A stretch of 64,000 nucleotides of DNA from Psammoneis japonica (GCA_008632985.1 QPGO01000019.1:620001-684000); one strand, 5' to 3'. Shown: positions 1-11,731, counted from the stretch's first letter. Translations and numbers: made by a program. The notes: generated by a model from the letters alone, not told the origin.

Positions 1-490
1 GTCCCCTGTTGACACAGTGAACAAAGCAAATGCATTTGCCAATGACGCCAATCATGTCAAAGAATGCAGGCCCCCCCTGGCCCACACAAAGCCAGCGGCA
101 AGATGGAGATCTCTCCAAAGAAGACGACAATGAAGCCATTCATTTTGAAATGTGTCATGGTGACAACTCATTCCAGATGTCAGTTTCCGATGAAGATCAT
201 TCGACACCACCAGTGCCCTCTTGGAGAATGAATGTGGACGCACCATGCAGTCAGATGGTGTTGGTTGGTGCAGTGCGTGCGACGATGATCAGTCCTTCCG
301 TCTGTCGTTGGGAAATCCGCGACCACGAACGCCCGCCTTGCACAAACCAACGCGAGCCCCGATCGATAGCCACGCACCCCGCGCAAGCACGCCGCAAGCA
401 CGCCGCACGCCGCACCACTCGAAGATCGACGAGTGCATGCAGGATCTGCATGATGCGATCGTTGTTGTCCATCGCGTCGCTTCTTGTGTC
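1..490. other. TpA-depleted decayed sequence (end of a mutated block continuing left of the window)
   Basis: Only one TA dinucleotide (367-368) found by eye in the first ~490 bp; overlapping ORFs without recognisable product. Confidence 0.6.
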
Positions 491-550
491 ACCTATCGTT
501 GTCACTGTTACTGTCATTAGAGCGTAAAAGTAAGGCGCAGAAGATTCTAA

Positions 551-1252
551 ATGGCAGCTTACGTCTTGTACTGTTGGACGAGCACGTCAATGACTTCAGT
601 TCTGAGTCACGCCTCGACAAGGAGATGTACCTTCGCCACCGTGCTGTCCCGCGCAGAAACTCTCACGACGCAATCAAAAGCTCCTACTCCAAAAAGTGAC
701 GACAAGTTGAAGACTGGTACGAGCATAGGCGTTGTGACTCATGACCAAATTCGAAGAGCCAACAATAAGTATCGAGACCGAATAGAAATTCGTTCAGGTG
801 GGAAGGGATGGGGACTTTTTGCCTTTGATGATTTTCAACCGCATCAATTGTTGATGAAGAGTCGCTCTCTATCCAAAAGTCCAACCCGAACCTTGCATTC
901 TATCCAAACGAATTGGACGACACATGTCGAAATGGATTTGCCAGCTATCCTGATAAATCATGCCTGTGGGCCGTCCGCAGCCAATGTGTATGTCAAACCA
1001 AATGATTGGGGTGCGTACGACTTTTTTGCCATGAGGCTCATCAAAGATGGCGAGGAACTGCTGTTTGACTATGAAACGGTTGAAAGTGACATGACCAACA
1101 CGGGATTTACGTGCTCCTGTCATTCTCGAGATTGTCGAGGTAAACTGAAGGGATATCTACTTAATGCTGAGCTGATTCGAGATCAATACGGAGCGGGGGG
1201 TTGGAAGAAGTACGTTGCGCCATATCTCCTACAGGGAGGGCAACAAAAATAA
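551..1252 (+). CDS. SET domain protein with post-SET Cys cluster (putative lysine methyltransferase)
   Basis: GKGWGLFA, LINHAC, GEELLFDY and post-SET FTCSCHSRDCRG motifs; start codon choice uncertain. Confidence 0.85.
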   Translation: MAAYVLYCWTSTSMTSVLSHASTRRCTFATVLSRAETLTTQSKAPTPKSDDKLKTGTSIGVVTHDQIRRANNKYRDRIEIRSGGKGWGLFAFDDFQPHQLLMKSRSLSKSPTRTLHSIQTNWTTHVEMDLPAILINHACGPSAANVYVKPNDWGAYDFFAMRLIKDGEELLFDYETVESDMTNTGFTCSCHSRDCRGKLKGYLLNAELIRDQYGAGGWKKYVAPYLLQGGQQK

Positions 1253-2171
1253 ACGCAATACTTTAGAGATTTTATCGTCTTTTGTACAATGCAGTACTGT
1301 ACATCCAATCCAGTTCATCCATTCGAGATTGATGCATTTTTTGAACACCATCAGAAATAATGGTACTTCAAGCGTTGATGAAGAGTGAAAGCCCAGACAA
1401 GCTATTGAAAAGACGTCGTAACCCGCCACTTCTTTGGTTTCTATTAAGTTTGTGAGAAACTAGCCTTTGAGAGATGTCTTGTAACTCAAATCGCTTCCTA
1501 ATCCTCCGTGAAACCAACTCACCAAAAGAAAAAGCTGCAGCGTAGTACTTGTCGTCTGTCCACGTCCTTCGTCTCGGTGCTTCAATTTATGAATAATGCG
1601 TGCGTTGGTCGTTGCCGACTGGCAGCCAATTTCCCAATACATCACAAATTGGCACGCGGCTGAAGGTTCCCGAGATAATGTCAAATCCACCGAGATCAAG
1701 TCGTAATCTCAGCGAGGCGTTGCCCCCACCTGCACAAGCTCGTTGTCGATGCACTCAAAACTGGCTTGGATGCCTTGGCGAGGCTTGTCGACACACTGAA
1801 AAACATATCTCCTGATCTTTGAACTTGTGTTGAATAAAATGTAATAATCGATGCTTAGCTTTTGCTGACGAAACCTTCCCGTACCGGAGACCCAATGCGA
1901 TTTTCAATTTATACCAAGGTTAGCCAACGGGGATGGCAGGATATACGTAGGGTTCGTTGTGGTACCGCAGCTTCTCGCTAGCACACATATATTCCTGCAC
2001 ATCACCAGAAAAGATTGAGGAGCCCATTAGCTAAACACATTGAACATTATATCTGCTGTTGATACAATGCATCCCTCTCCGTTCCAATATCAGAACAGTC
2101 TTGCGAATCACCGTAGGCTGGTTCTTGTTGCTCGACAGTACCCTTCACTAACATGTCATGCTGGCAGAACT

Positions 2172-2792
2172 TCATAGCACACGAGACTGCAGTTCACTTG
2201 GTGACTTCTCTTTTGCTCTCCATACAAATCCAATGTCCTCGAGTAGCTTCTTTCGGTAATCGCGAAGAGCGCTCTGGCTATTCAATTTTCTTTGCGTATG
2301 TACCCATTCAGCCAACGGCGGATCAATGGCATACTTCCAAGGCACACGACAATCTCCTGTCACCTCTTTGTATGCTTTCAGTTTCTCCAGCATGGCCATC
2401 CACTCACGGTCCCGCCTGTTTGCTCTCGTCTCCCAAACAAAACCGATTTCGTTCAGACACTTTCGTTGTTCGGCATTCGCTTTCACCTTACCACTACGAA
2501 TGTTTTTTACCCATTCTCCCAAATCTGAGGCAGCTGTGTACTTTGTGCTCAACCGATGAGGAACCAAACAGTGTCCATACCTCAGCTTGAAGGTTTTCAG
2601 ATCTTCAACGTGCTCGTCGAATGTCTTACGCTTCTTTTTTGGGCCACCCGCCGGCGCTGAAGCGTGTTGTTCTCTGGGTTTTCTTTTCTTTGGACTTGTC
2701 TTTGCTGCCGCTGATATTTGCTTAGACATGGCTGATGTACTTGTAGCGGCCGGTGCTGCGTCCTCGTTTTGCGGAAGGGTAGCCTGAGCCAT
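2172..2792 (-). CDS. Helicase-associated (HA) domain protein, two HA repeats with basic NLS-like N-terminus
   Basis: FDEHVEDLKTFKLRYGHCLVP...LGEWV...LNEIGFVW and WMAMLEKLKAYKEVTGDCRVP...LAEWVHTQR...LEDIGFVW; PKKKRK; start at MAQATLPQ inferred. Confidence 0.8.
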   Translation of the reverse strand: MAQATLPQNEDAAPAATSTSAMSKQISAAAKTSPKKRKPREQHASAPAGGPKKKRKTFDEHVEDLKTFKLRYGHCLVPHRLSTKYTAASDLGEWVKNIRSGKVKANAEQRKCLNEIGFVWETRANRRDREWMAMLEKLKAYKEVTGDCRVPWKYAIDPPLAEWVHTQRKLNSQSALRDYRKKLLEDIGFVWRAKEKSPSELQSRVL

Positions 2793-3707
2793 GTCAATAC
2801 CTTGCAGTGAGACGTAGCTGTGGGTCGTTGCCTGAATTTCGCGTTCACTTTCTGTTCTCTCTAGTATCTTATGCTGTAGACAGACATTACCGCATGAACG
2901 ACACGTCAAACTGGCGGACAACCTCGTTTCAGCCAAGAAGGAAATCATGCATCGCCAACACATCGAGCAACCGCCTGAAAGTTTTATCAGTTTTAGGTGT
3001 TTAGTGATGCGTAAAAGCAACGAGACATGACTCTATCACCAACACCAGAACTTACAAGGCACCAGGATAACATGACGTTCTTTTGAAAAGCAACAGCGAC
3101 AGCCCTGTTCTTCCGTCATGGTCGATCTAATCTTTTGATCGAGCGAAGTGAAACTTGGACTGTCTACGTACAACGGCCAGTCACTTGATCTATGGGAACA
3201 TGCAAGCTTACTGCTTCTCGTACCGACCCCAGTAGCATTCTACGTCACATACCAGAATTTTAAATTATTTATTTAGTCATTTATATATCATTACGAATTG
3301 ACAACCACCGATTTTTGGCACGCGACACCACCACGATGACACGTTCCGTCGAACGAGTTCGGGCCCACCCGGAATAGTTACCAAGCCATTTGGGTACAGC
3401 TATATCAATGAGGTACTTGCGGATCATATATGTCTCATTGGCTTGGTAATTCTTCGTGGTTGACAAATAAACGACGGCAAAGGATTCACGTGTTGTTTTG
3501 TCGTGCTTTGGCGTCAAGAGCCAGGTTAGTCGAGTTAATCCCAGTAGAAAACCTACGTAGGCCTACTCTGAGCCACAAGCGCGCGTAATAAGCTTGTACA
3601 CACACGCACGCACGACGCTCATTGACTCCTCCTCCCTCTCACAATACGGTACTTCTATGATAAGTACTAGTATATCTCTTTCCCCGCCTCCACCACTCTA
3701 GAGGGCC

Positions 3708-5787
3708 CTAATAATTAAACCCAACAGGCTTTGGACGTATCTTTTTCTCCACATCACCTTGAACATCGCCGCAGCCTTGTTGCAACGAATCCAGAATGGC
3801 TTCCGCCACCACCATGCCGTCCACAGCAGCAGATACAATCCCCCCTGCAAATCCAGCTCCTTCTCCAGCTGGAAATAAGTTTTCTGTTCCAATAGCTTGC
3901 AGGGTCTGACCATCACGGGATACTCGGACTGGACTTGACGTCCTTGTCTCCACGGCATGAAGCAGTCCATCATCGCACAAAAAGCCTGGCATGTTCTTGT
4001 CAAACTGGTTCACAATCGCGTCCCGGAGGGCCGTCACAATGGCCTCGGGATAGATTTCGTGGCATGCAGCTGGCTTTACTCCAAGACGATACGAGGAAGG
4101 AGGCGCCGATACGGAGGCTCTTCCTGCACAAAAGTCAGTGAGACGCTGTACAGGAACCGTCAGGTTGCCACCTCCCATTCGAGCGGCACGTTGCTCCATG
4201 TCTTTTTGGAACGCAATGCCAGCCAGCACACCGTGTTCCTTACGGTACTTATCGAGGATTGCATCGTCGGGTGCCACCGTCACGACGAGTGCTGAATTGG
4301 CCCACTGCGAATCTCGCTTGCTAAAGCTCATTCCATTGACACAGACTTCGTTGGGATCAGTCGATGCAGGAACGATTTGTCCACCTGGACACATGCAGAA
4401 ACTATACGCCCCCCGATTGGCAACTCCGTCAAATGCCTTGTCAGTAGCGAGGCGATAGGATGGAACAGGCAATTGACCTGGATGAATTGCCTGGTCCACA
4501 CCCAAGTACTGCTTATTGGCCGTGTCGGTAGACTTTTTCTTTGTCACAACAGACGCGGCCCAATCTTGTCCGTATTGAATTCGGTTAATGATTTTCTGAG
4601 GGTGCTCGACACGAAAGCCAGTGGCAAATCCCTTTGCCTCAAGCTTGACACCAGCAGCATGTAGTTCTTCGTACACATCTCGTGCGGAATGCCCAGTGGC
4701 CAACACGACGGCGTCTCCAAGAATGGTTTCCTCCTCTTTCACGGGTAGAGAAGTAGCAGCATTCCCCCCGCGTTCACTTGTTGGGGAGTACTGGACCTGA
4801 ACTCCTTTTGTAACACCCTCATCTATAACAAAGCCAGTCACTTTTGCTCCAAATCGTATAATGCCACCAAGCTGTCGTAAATCTTGTCTCATGTTTCGCA
4901 GCAACCGAACAAGATTGTCGGTACCCAAATGCGGAGCTCCGTCCACAAGTATTTTCTCAGGTGCCCCATACTTGACCAGTGTCTCCAATACATATCTCAC
5001 ATTGTCCGAGTTACGTCCAATCCGTGTCGTGAGCTTTCCATCACTCCACGTTCCAGCGCCACCCTCACCAAAACAAAAGTTGGAATCTTTGTTTAGAAAA
5101 CGTCTGTGCATGAGAGCTCCAATATCCTTTCCTCGTGCTTCGACTGGCTGACCACGTTCAAGCAGTATGGGCACACAGGCGCCCGATTTTGCCAATTGCA
5201 TGCACAAAACAATCCGCAGGTCCAGCTCCACAATCACGACACGGGGCTTGTTGGATTCTGGGTGCTGTGGCTTATTTCGCTGCAGCATTCGAGACAGTAG
5301 CCTCTTGATTTTCAATCAATTCCAATCGTCCCGGTTGGTGTCGTAGCTTGAGTCTCTTGGCTATGGATGGCGATACATCTACATCCACTACATGAGAATA
5401 TCGTGGATCACCTCGATTCTTCCGTCGTGCATCTACGGATCGACGAACCATGCGCACGTTCGACAGCTCGACAGATTTGTTTTTGAGATTGAGTCGCTTG
5501 GAAGAGCTACCAAGACGGGCTTGGATAAATACATTTGTCGATAGTCACCGCTTCGTCCGTAGTAGCGGTCAAAGATCAGGATGAACATTGACTCCAAACA
5601 CTCTCCACGTTTGTGTCTCTCTATGGGGTACGTTAGATCTGTCATGGTTTGTTTTTGACTTTATCTCCGTGTTTCTGCATCTTCTAGAATGAGAATTACA
5701 CGAGAGCGATGTTGATGTCCATCCTGAAGAGGAATATACAATGCAAAGTAGCAGTATTAGCGACTCTTTTGTTCTTAGAATCGCCAT
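3708..5787 (-). CDS. FAD/NAD(P)-dependent oxidoreductase (uncharacterised conserved dehydrogenase family) with N-terminal targeting peptide; 5' part carries several apparent frameshifts
   Basis: GEGGAGTWSDGKL, VVLATGHSAR, SFCMCPGG, ETRTSSP, GEGAGFAGGIVSAAVDG motifs; the Rossmann GAGPAG and VRRSVDARRK segments lie in shifted frames at 5200-5580; hydrophobic N-terminus MAILRTKESLILLLCIVYSSSG. Confidence 0.8.
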
Positions 5788-5866
5788 GACGACGGCTTCA
5801 GAAAAAAAGAAGAAAAATGAGGGATGATTGGCACTGGATGCGATGTGCGATGCGTGCATGCGCGCG

Positions 5867-6004
5867 ATTGTAGCAGCGCAGGGGGAAGGACAGACGCATC
5901 CACCTCCCACCGTACGCAGCCTTGAACGAACCTGAATGCCAATGGCATTCTTTGCAACTCGTCGCCGCCTATCGAGGCCGTAGTAGTAGTTGTAACTTTT
6001 TGAC
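5867..6004 (+). repeat. Split direct repeat A1 (138 bp; second copy A2 at 11941-12078)
   Basis: Ungapped alignment to A2 with 8 mismatches. Confidence 0.95.
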
Positions 6005-6037
6005 AAAGGGAGCGACATACGCCAACCTTGTCCTCTC

Positions 6038-8122
6038 ATGGCTGCTGTCCCTCCTGTGGCAGCCGGTGGAGCGCCTCCGGCTCCCCCAAAAACACACCAC
6101 GACAAGTGGATGAGTCAAGGAGATCACTTGGGTGGGGAGTGTGCGAATTTGTTCCGTCGGCACGATGCCACCATCGCTGCTCCCGAGCCGGCCGCCACGC
6201 CACTCGAGCACATCATCGACTTGAGCGATGTGGTCCCCAAGGCCTTCTTGGCGCCAGTGCGGCAAGGCACAGGTTGTCGTGCAACCTGCATCCACCGGCC
6301 CTCTGTGTGCATCAGAGACCCGGTGGAGACCTCGCCTTGGGACGGACGAGTGTTTTGTTTTCACGGAGACGTCCCACCGGGTAATTTTGTTGCCATTTTC
6401 GAGATGCCCAACACTCCGTTCGACATTGTGGGGCCTCAAGTGGCACCTGCTGTGGCCAACATGGCCGCCCTCGAAGGTGCCTTGGTGGATGACAATGATT
6501 TGACACCTCCACAAACAGATGGCGCCCCGGACACCGACACCATCTATGTCCGCCGCCTCGTACAAGTGCCCCACGCCCACCTGCATCTTGCACTGACCCA
6601 GGATCTCACCCCACTGCAAGCCTGGCGGGAACTGGCAGGAGCAATCCAAAATGACGGTCGCGCGGGGGACTTGAGTCCTCTCATCGACTGGTTGCGCGCG
6701 GCACTCACCACCGACACCGCGGCAAATCCAGATCCGGTCCATTGTCTGGGCGACCGTGCCACTGCCTTGCTGCCACTTGCGGTGGACGCCAGACTGCAAG
6801 AGCATCGTTGGCGCACGTTGCTGCAAGACCCACCCGCCTTGGATTCAACGGCCGTTGATGACACCGACCGTGTGCTGGCCTTCGCTGACATGGTGCGAGC
6901 CGATGCAGCCCACGTGGAAGCAACACGCTCTGCAGCTGCAGCCGCAGCCTCAGTGCCCAAGACTCTGGTGGAAGCCTTCCCGCAGACCACACCCGTGTGG
7001 CTCTTGCTGTCGAGCGCACCGGACGATGCAGCCTTGCCCGCACTGTGCCACGCTTGGGCCAATGGTGCAAAGGCCGAGCGGCACCTGTGTTTTGCTCGGG
7101 CCTTGGAAGCGCACACCCAAGAACCCAACGCGGCATCTCGCATCGCACCTGTGGTGTCGAAGGAGCCATGCGAGATGGCATTGCAAGGGAAGGTTGCACC
7201 CCACGTGCACCAAGTGAACGACTTAACCGCCGGCGTGTCGCCCTTCACCTGTGGTTTCTTTCTTGCCGGACAAGGTTCCACCATGCAAGTCCGGGCCGAA
7301 CGCTACGACCTTGCGTTGGCTGGCAACCTGACACCTGCGGTTGCGGAACAAGAGGAATTCCGCACCAAGGGTGTGCCGCTGCCGACGTCCACTTGCCATT
7401 GTGGAAGCATGCTTCAAGCCACCAGCCCAGTCTTGGACGTCATCCAAGGCTCCGACCACCCACATGCTGTGGCTTTCCGGCAGTTTTGCCTGGAGGACTG
7501 GCGAGACATGGTCGACTTGCTCGAGCAATCCGGGACCCTGCTGGCAGAGGGAAACGTCCCACCCCGGATTTGTCGCGAGGTGCAGATGCTCATGGGGGTC
7601 TGTCTTCGCAGGCTCACACAAAGCGGGGTGCCCCGGGTGCCTGACTGCACCGCAGTGGCGTACAAGGTGCTGCACGGGCAATTCTCCCTGCTGGCACAGT
7701 TGCCTTGTCATCTGCTGGGCCAGCCAGACAGGGCGGGTGGTCCCCAAATGAGCTCGACTGGCGCCCCCAACAGCAGGACCACCTCCGCACCAGCCACTGC
7801 CGCTGGGCGTCGCGATCCCGGTGCGGCCGTTACGAGTCCCAACCCAGTGCGAGCTTGGCCAGCAGCCTTCGCACAAGCCGGAATCCGTTTGGCCACGGTG
7901 CGCTGCTTCGCACCCCGCACCATGGACCCGAGTGGCACCGCACGCAAAGTGTGCCTTTCGCATCATCTAAAGGGGACGTGCTTCGCCAACTGCGAGTGCA
8001 GCAGCACCCACCGGAACCTCTCGCCGCATGAAAGAATGGCAATGAGCACCTTCGTCCGCGACCACGTGGCCAACCCTCAAGAAGGTGGGGCCCCAGCACC
8101 GGCGCCAGCGGCATCCACCTGA
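6038..8122 (+). CDS. Gag-like ORF1 of the Ngaro-like element with C-terminal Cys/His zinc-finger-like motif (mutated)
   Basis: 694-aa ORF just after A1; C-terminal VCLSHHLKGTCFANCECSSTH; only 3 Tyr in 694 aa. Confidence 0.8.
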   Translation: MAAVPPVAAGGAPPAPPKTHHDKWMSQGDHLGGECANLFRRHDATIAAPEPAATPLEHIIDLSDVVPKAFLAPVRQGTGCRATCIHRPSVCIRDPVETSPWDGRVFCFHGDVPPGNFVAIFEMPNTPFDIVGPQVAPAVANMAALEGALVDDNDLTPPQTDGAPDTDTIYVRRLVQVPHAHLHLALTQDLTPLQAWRELAGAIQNDGRAGDLSPLIDWLRAALTTDTAANPDPVHCLGDRATALLPLAVDARLQEHRWRTLLQDPPALDSTAVDDTDRVLAFADMVRADAAHVEATRSAAAAAASVPKTLVEAFPQTTPVWLLLSSAPDDAALPALCHAWANGAKAERHLCFARALEAHTQEPNAASRIAPVVSKEPCEMALQGKVAPHVHQVNDLTAGVSPFTCGFFLAGQGSTMQVRAERYDLALAGNLTPAVAEQEEFRTKGVPLPTSTCHCGSMLQATSPVLDVIQGSDHPHAVAFRQFCLEDWRDMVDLLEQSGTLLAEGNVPPRICREVQMLMGVCLRRLTQSGVPRVPDCTAVAYKVLHGQFSLLAQLPCHLLGQPDRAGGPQMSSTGAPNSRTTSAPATAAGRRDPGAAVTSPNPVRAWPAAFAQAGIRLATVRCFAPRTMDPSGTARKVCLSHHLKGTCFANCECSSTHRNLSPHERMAMSTFVRDHVANPQEGGAPAPAPAAST

Positions 8123-10214
8123 GGACGAGGGCCGGCCAGCTCTAGAGCTGGCCTGCAGCCCTCCTCTGCACACTTGCCAGATCCGTGCCAGCAGTGCTCG
8201 CGCAGCAACGAACTAGGTGAGTTAGCAGAGGAGCACGTCAAACTCTTACAAACTTCAGGCTAGAGCCAGTTCGTTGCACATTTGCGCAGGGAGCCGTGTC
8301 TGGCCGAAAATGTTCAGCAGTCACCTCATCCAGCTGCCAAACTGCTTTCCGATCTCCGCAACGATGGAGCACCGGTCCAGTTTTCAACGGAGGACTGGAC
8401 ACCGGACCAGGTCCGGATGGCCACCGAGCGCGGAAGCCATCCGTCCACCAACGAGCACCTGGGTTTCCTCGAGTCGGACATGGCGGACATGATCCGAAAG
8501 CAATGCTGGACAGTCCTGCCGTTCCGTGAAGCCTGCAAGTTGCCCCACCTGCGCGTCTCACCGATGGGCGTGGTGCCACAACGCGACCGCCACCTGCGCA
8601 CCATCATTGATCACAGTTTCTACGGGATCAATGACGAAACCGTGAAACACGCCCCACCGGAGGCAATGCAATTCGGCCGAGCTCTCGACAGGTTCCTCCA
8701 CAGGATCTTTCGAGCCGATCCGAAGCATGGCCCAGTGCACATGCTCAAGCTTGATCTCTCAGACGGATTCCATCGCGTTGGGCTCCGCCCCCAGGACATG
8801 CCAAAGCTTGGGGTGGCCTTCCCAGTGAGTCCAGGCGAGGAACCGTTGGTGGCACTGCCTCTCGTCCCACCCATGGGCTGGACTGAAAGTCCACCATTCT
8901 TTTGTGTGGGAACGGAAACTGTCGTTGACATTGCTGACAGCTGTTTGCCCACATCGTGGGACCCTCCGATTCACCCACTCGAACAGGCGGCATCCACTCC
9001 AGTGCCCCACGACGACACCATGCGCATCGATGTGCCACCGCCTTCCACTGCAGCTCTAGCCAGCCATGTGTCACGCCTTCCTTCTCCCACCGCACTTCAT
9101 CGCAGACACCAGCGCGGCTCCCAACCGTTGGAGCACTTTGATGTCTACGTCGACGACGAGATGTGCGCCACACAAGGATCGAAAGCTCGCCTCAACAAAT
9201 TATGTCGCCGCCTCTTGCACATCAACGACCAAGTCTTCCGGCCCAACACACCATCCGATGCTCACTGGCGGCGCGAGACTATCTCGCTCAAGAAGCTCCT
9301 CAAAGGTGACGCGTCCTGGTCTGCGGTCAAAGTTGTTTTGGGTTGGCTCATTGACACGCTAGCAGGGACAATCCAATTGCCGCCGCATCGACGACAACGC
9401 CTCCTGGACATGCTTGCTGACACCATTCCACGTCACCGCACATCCAACAAGCAATGCCACAAACTTCTCGGCGAAGTGCGCAGCATGCTGTTGGCGGTTT
9501 CCGGCGGCGCTGGCCTGCTCTCCAACCTCCAGCACTCTCTTGCCACCTCGAGTAACTCCCGCACTCGAATCAACCGTCATGCGCGCCGCCAACTCCAAGA
9601 CTTGCACACCTTGGCGGCAGACATTGCCTCTTGTCCCACGAGGCTCGCCGAACTGTTCCCTGCCGCCGATGGGCACTGCTGTGGTGCGTGCGACGCAGCC
9701 AAACCAGGGTTTGGCGGCGCGTCATTGCCAGGTCCCCTCGACGACTTCCCTCCGACCGCCTGGCAAATTCCACTGCCACCGGATCTGCAAGCTGCCATTG
9801 TCTCGGACGACAACCCCGATGGCACCACAACAAACTCTGACCTCGAACTCGCCGGAACTGTTTTGTCAAGAAGCCGTCGTAGGCATCACCGTCGATGTCA
9901 GAGAACGCACGGTCCACACGTGCTGCGACAACACCCCCGCGATTTCTCGACGCGGCAAAGGCTCCATCACCACCAACGGCCCAGGCGCCGATGTCCTGCG
10001 AACCAGCAGCCTGCAACAACGCAAGCTCCGACATGTCTCCCGCTTTCATTGCATGCCTGGCCCAGCAAATCTCCTTGCCGACATGTGCTCCCGCAAATTC
10101 AGCACACCGTCTCACCTCCTTGCCACTCTCACTTGCCTTGCCCCACAGACGAAACCTTGGCAAATGCCACTCCCGCCGCCCAACATCGTTTCTTTGCTGA
10201 TCTCCACCTTGTGA
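8118..10214 (+). pseudogene. RT-RNase H ORF2 of the Ngaro-like element
   Basis: SPMGVVPQRDR, LKLDLSDGF(H)R, PMGWTESPP, YVDD, CDAAK.GFGG, NSDLELAG, CDNTPA motifs; in-frame TAG at 8261-8263 and frameshift near 9865. Confidence 0.88.
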
Positions 10215-11731
10215 CGGCAAAGGCCCGCGAAGCTGTCACTGACAAGCAAGCCTGTGCCACGGACACTGTCTGGGCCAAATGTTGGTTGCCATTCCCACCC
10301 GACATCAGAGTTGAAGACCCTCTCCTCACCGGTGTCCAAGACAAAATCCCGATGCTCCAAGTCTTTGCCTGTCGCCTCAGGGATGGACGCCTCAGCCATG
10401 GCGGCAACCCAATCTCAGCTCTGCACGTTCGTGACGAAGTCCTTCATGTCGCGAAGACGTTCACCGAACTGGGGGCCCCGGACCCACGTTTAACGCCACA
10501 TGGCACCATGGATCCACGTCTCACTCGCCTGCACAGCGCGTGCTCCAAAGACGATCCACCTCCGAACCGTGTTAAACCTCTCCCAACACAAACAGTGCAC
10601 CACGCGCAGGCCCTTGTCGACAAATCTTCCCCACTCGACAACGCCATCATCGACATGTCCTGGATTGGGCTCTTCCACCTCTTGCGACCAGGTGAACATT
10701 GCAAAAGCAAAGACAATGATCCCTTGGTCTTGGCCGACATCAAGCTGCTCATTGGACAACGAGCACTCGACCACTTGACCTGTCCATTGCCGCAGCTGTT
10801 CCTCGCTGCACACAGCAGCATCACCTTCAACATTCAGAAAAACCGAGAACGCGGCAAAACGGCAGGTCACGCTCGAAGCTCACACTCCAAAGTGTGCCCC
10901 ATGCTGCCATCGCCCGCCACGTGCATTGCCTGCATTCAAATGGCGCCAACGCTTGAACAGCCCTGTGTGCCGTGCGCCTCGGCAGATGTTGGGGGACGTG
11001 TTCCAGCTCTAGGTGGGACCTCGTGCTGCTGAACTGTGACACAATTATTTTTTGTCATCCGTCGTATGTTTCGCACGTACATTTCTACGTGTTCCATTGT
11101 AAAAAATTGTTCCACACTGCCTGTTTTGCGAAGCCAAAGGCTTTCTGTTGTCTGCACTTGTGTCAATAAAAATGCGCTGGGCACATTCTTTAATGTCTAA
11201 AGAATGTGCCCGGGCATGCTGTAAAGAATGCACTTAAAGTGTGGAGGAGGAGATGCATTCGCAAAATTGCCTCTTTTTCTGTTGGCGATCATTCATGTGT
11301 CCATTGCTCAACGATTTTACTGCGGAGCTCGCACGTAGAATTCTGCGGGCCCAATGTCACAAAAAGTCCCACCTAGGACTGGAACCCGTCGGGGTCACGT
11401 CACAAGCCGTGCCATCACCAAAATGCTCCAAGTGTTGGCCGCCACCTTGCCACATCTGGGCTTCCCACCCAAGGACGTCACCGCACGTAGCCTCCGAGCA
11501 GGGGGCGCCACGGCACTCCTGTGCACCAAAGCAGACACCGACATCATCCACCTCGTCGGACGATGGAAATCCAACACCATGTTTCGACACCTTCATGCCC
11601 AAGCGCTGCCGCTGATCGCAGGACTCTCCACGAAAATCCTGAACCACGGCAACTTCACGTTACTCCCGGGTTCCGACGTCCCCCCCGTTGCACAAAATGT
11701 CATCAATCAAGCCAAAGCACCCGCCAACTGA
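10150..11731 (+). pseudogene. Tyrosine recombinase ORF3 of the Ngaro-like element, interrupted by a MITE
   Basis: DPPPNRVKPLP, LLRPGE(H)C, QKN, RSLRAGGATALL, VGRWKSNTMFR(H)LH; frameshift ~10900, TGA ~10955, insertion 10995-11390; start approximate. Confidence 0.88.
10995..11390. mobile_element. Non-autonomous DNA transposon (MITE), 396 bp, ~25-bp imperfect TIRs, GGGG target-site duplication
   Basis: Left GACGTGTTCCAGCTCTAGGTGGGAC vs reverse-complemented right GACGGGTTCCAGTCCTAGGTGGGAC; GGGG at 10991-10994 and 11391-11394; excision restores YR frame LGRCWGHVTSRAITKML. Confidence 0.85.

Noticed and set aside
5867..6004. Classical RIP (CA->TA) acting on A1 as the explanation of A1/A2 differences
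   Set aside because: Conserved Tyr codons are lost in the interior and TA is far below expectation there; RIP would raise TA and add stops.
6124..10870. Many long overlapping ORFs on all six frames in the Ngaro interior (also 1-530 and 57200-58800)
   Set aside because: Loss of TA removes TAA/TAG stops on both strands; these ORFs have no recognisable motifs.
8282..11032. 916-aa ORF as a single RT-YR fusion protein
   Set aside because: A frameshift near 9865 moves the reading from the RNase H frame into the overlapping YR frame; the RNase H motifs continue in the 9414-10214 frame.
6038..11731. CpG methylation decay or ADAR/RT editing as the sole cause of the CA/TG excess
   Set aside because: CpG is abundant here, both TA->TG and TA->CA occur, and a DNA transposon and a host paralogue are affected. 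CpG decay does contribute in 25749-37250.
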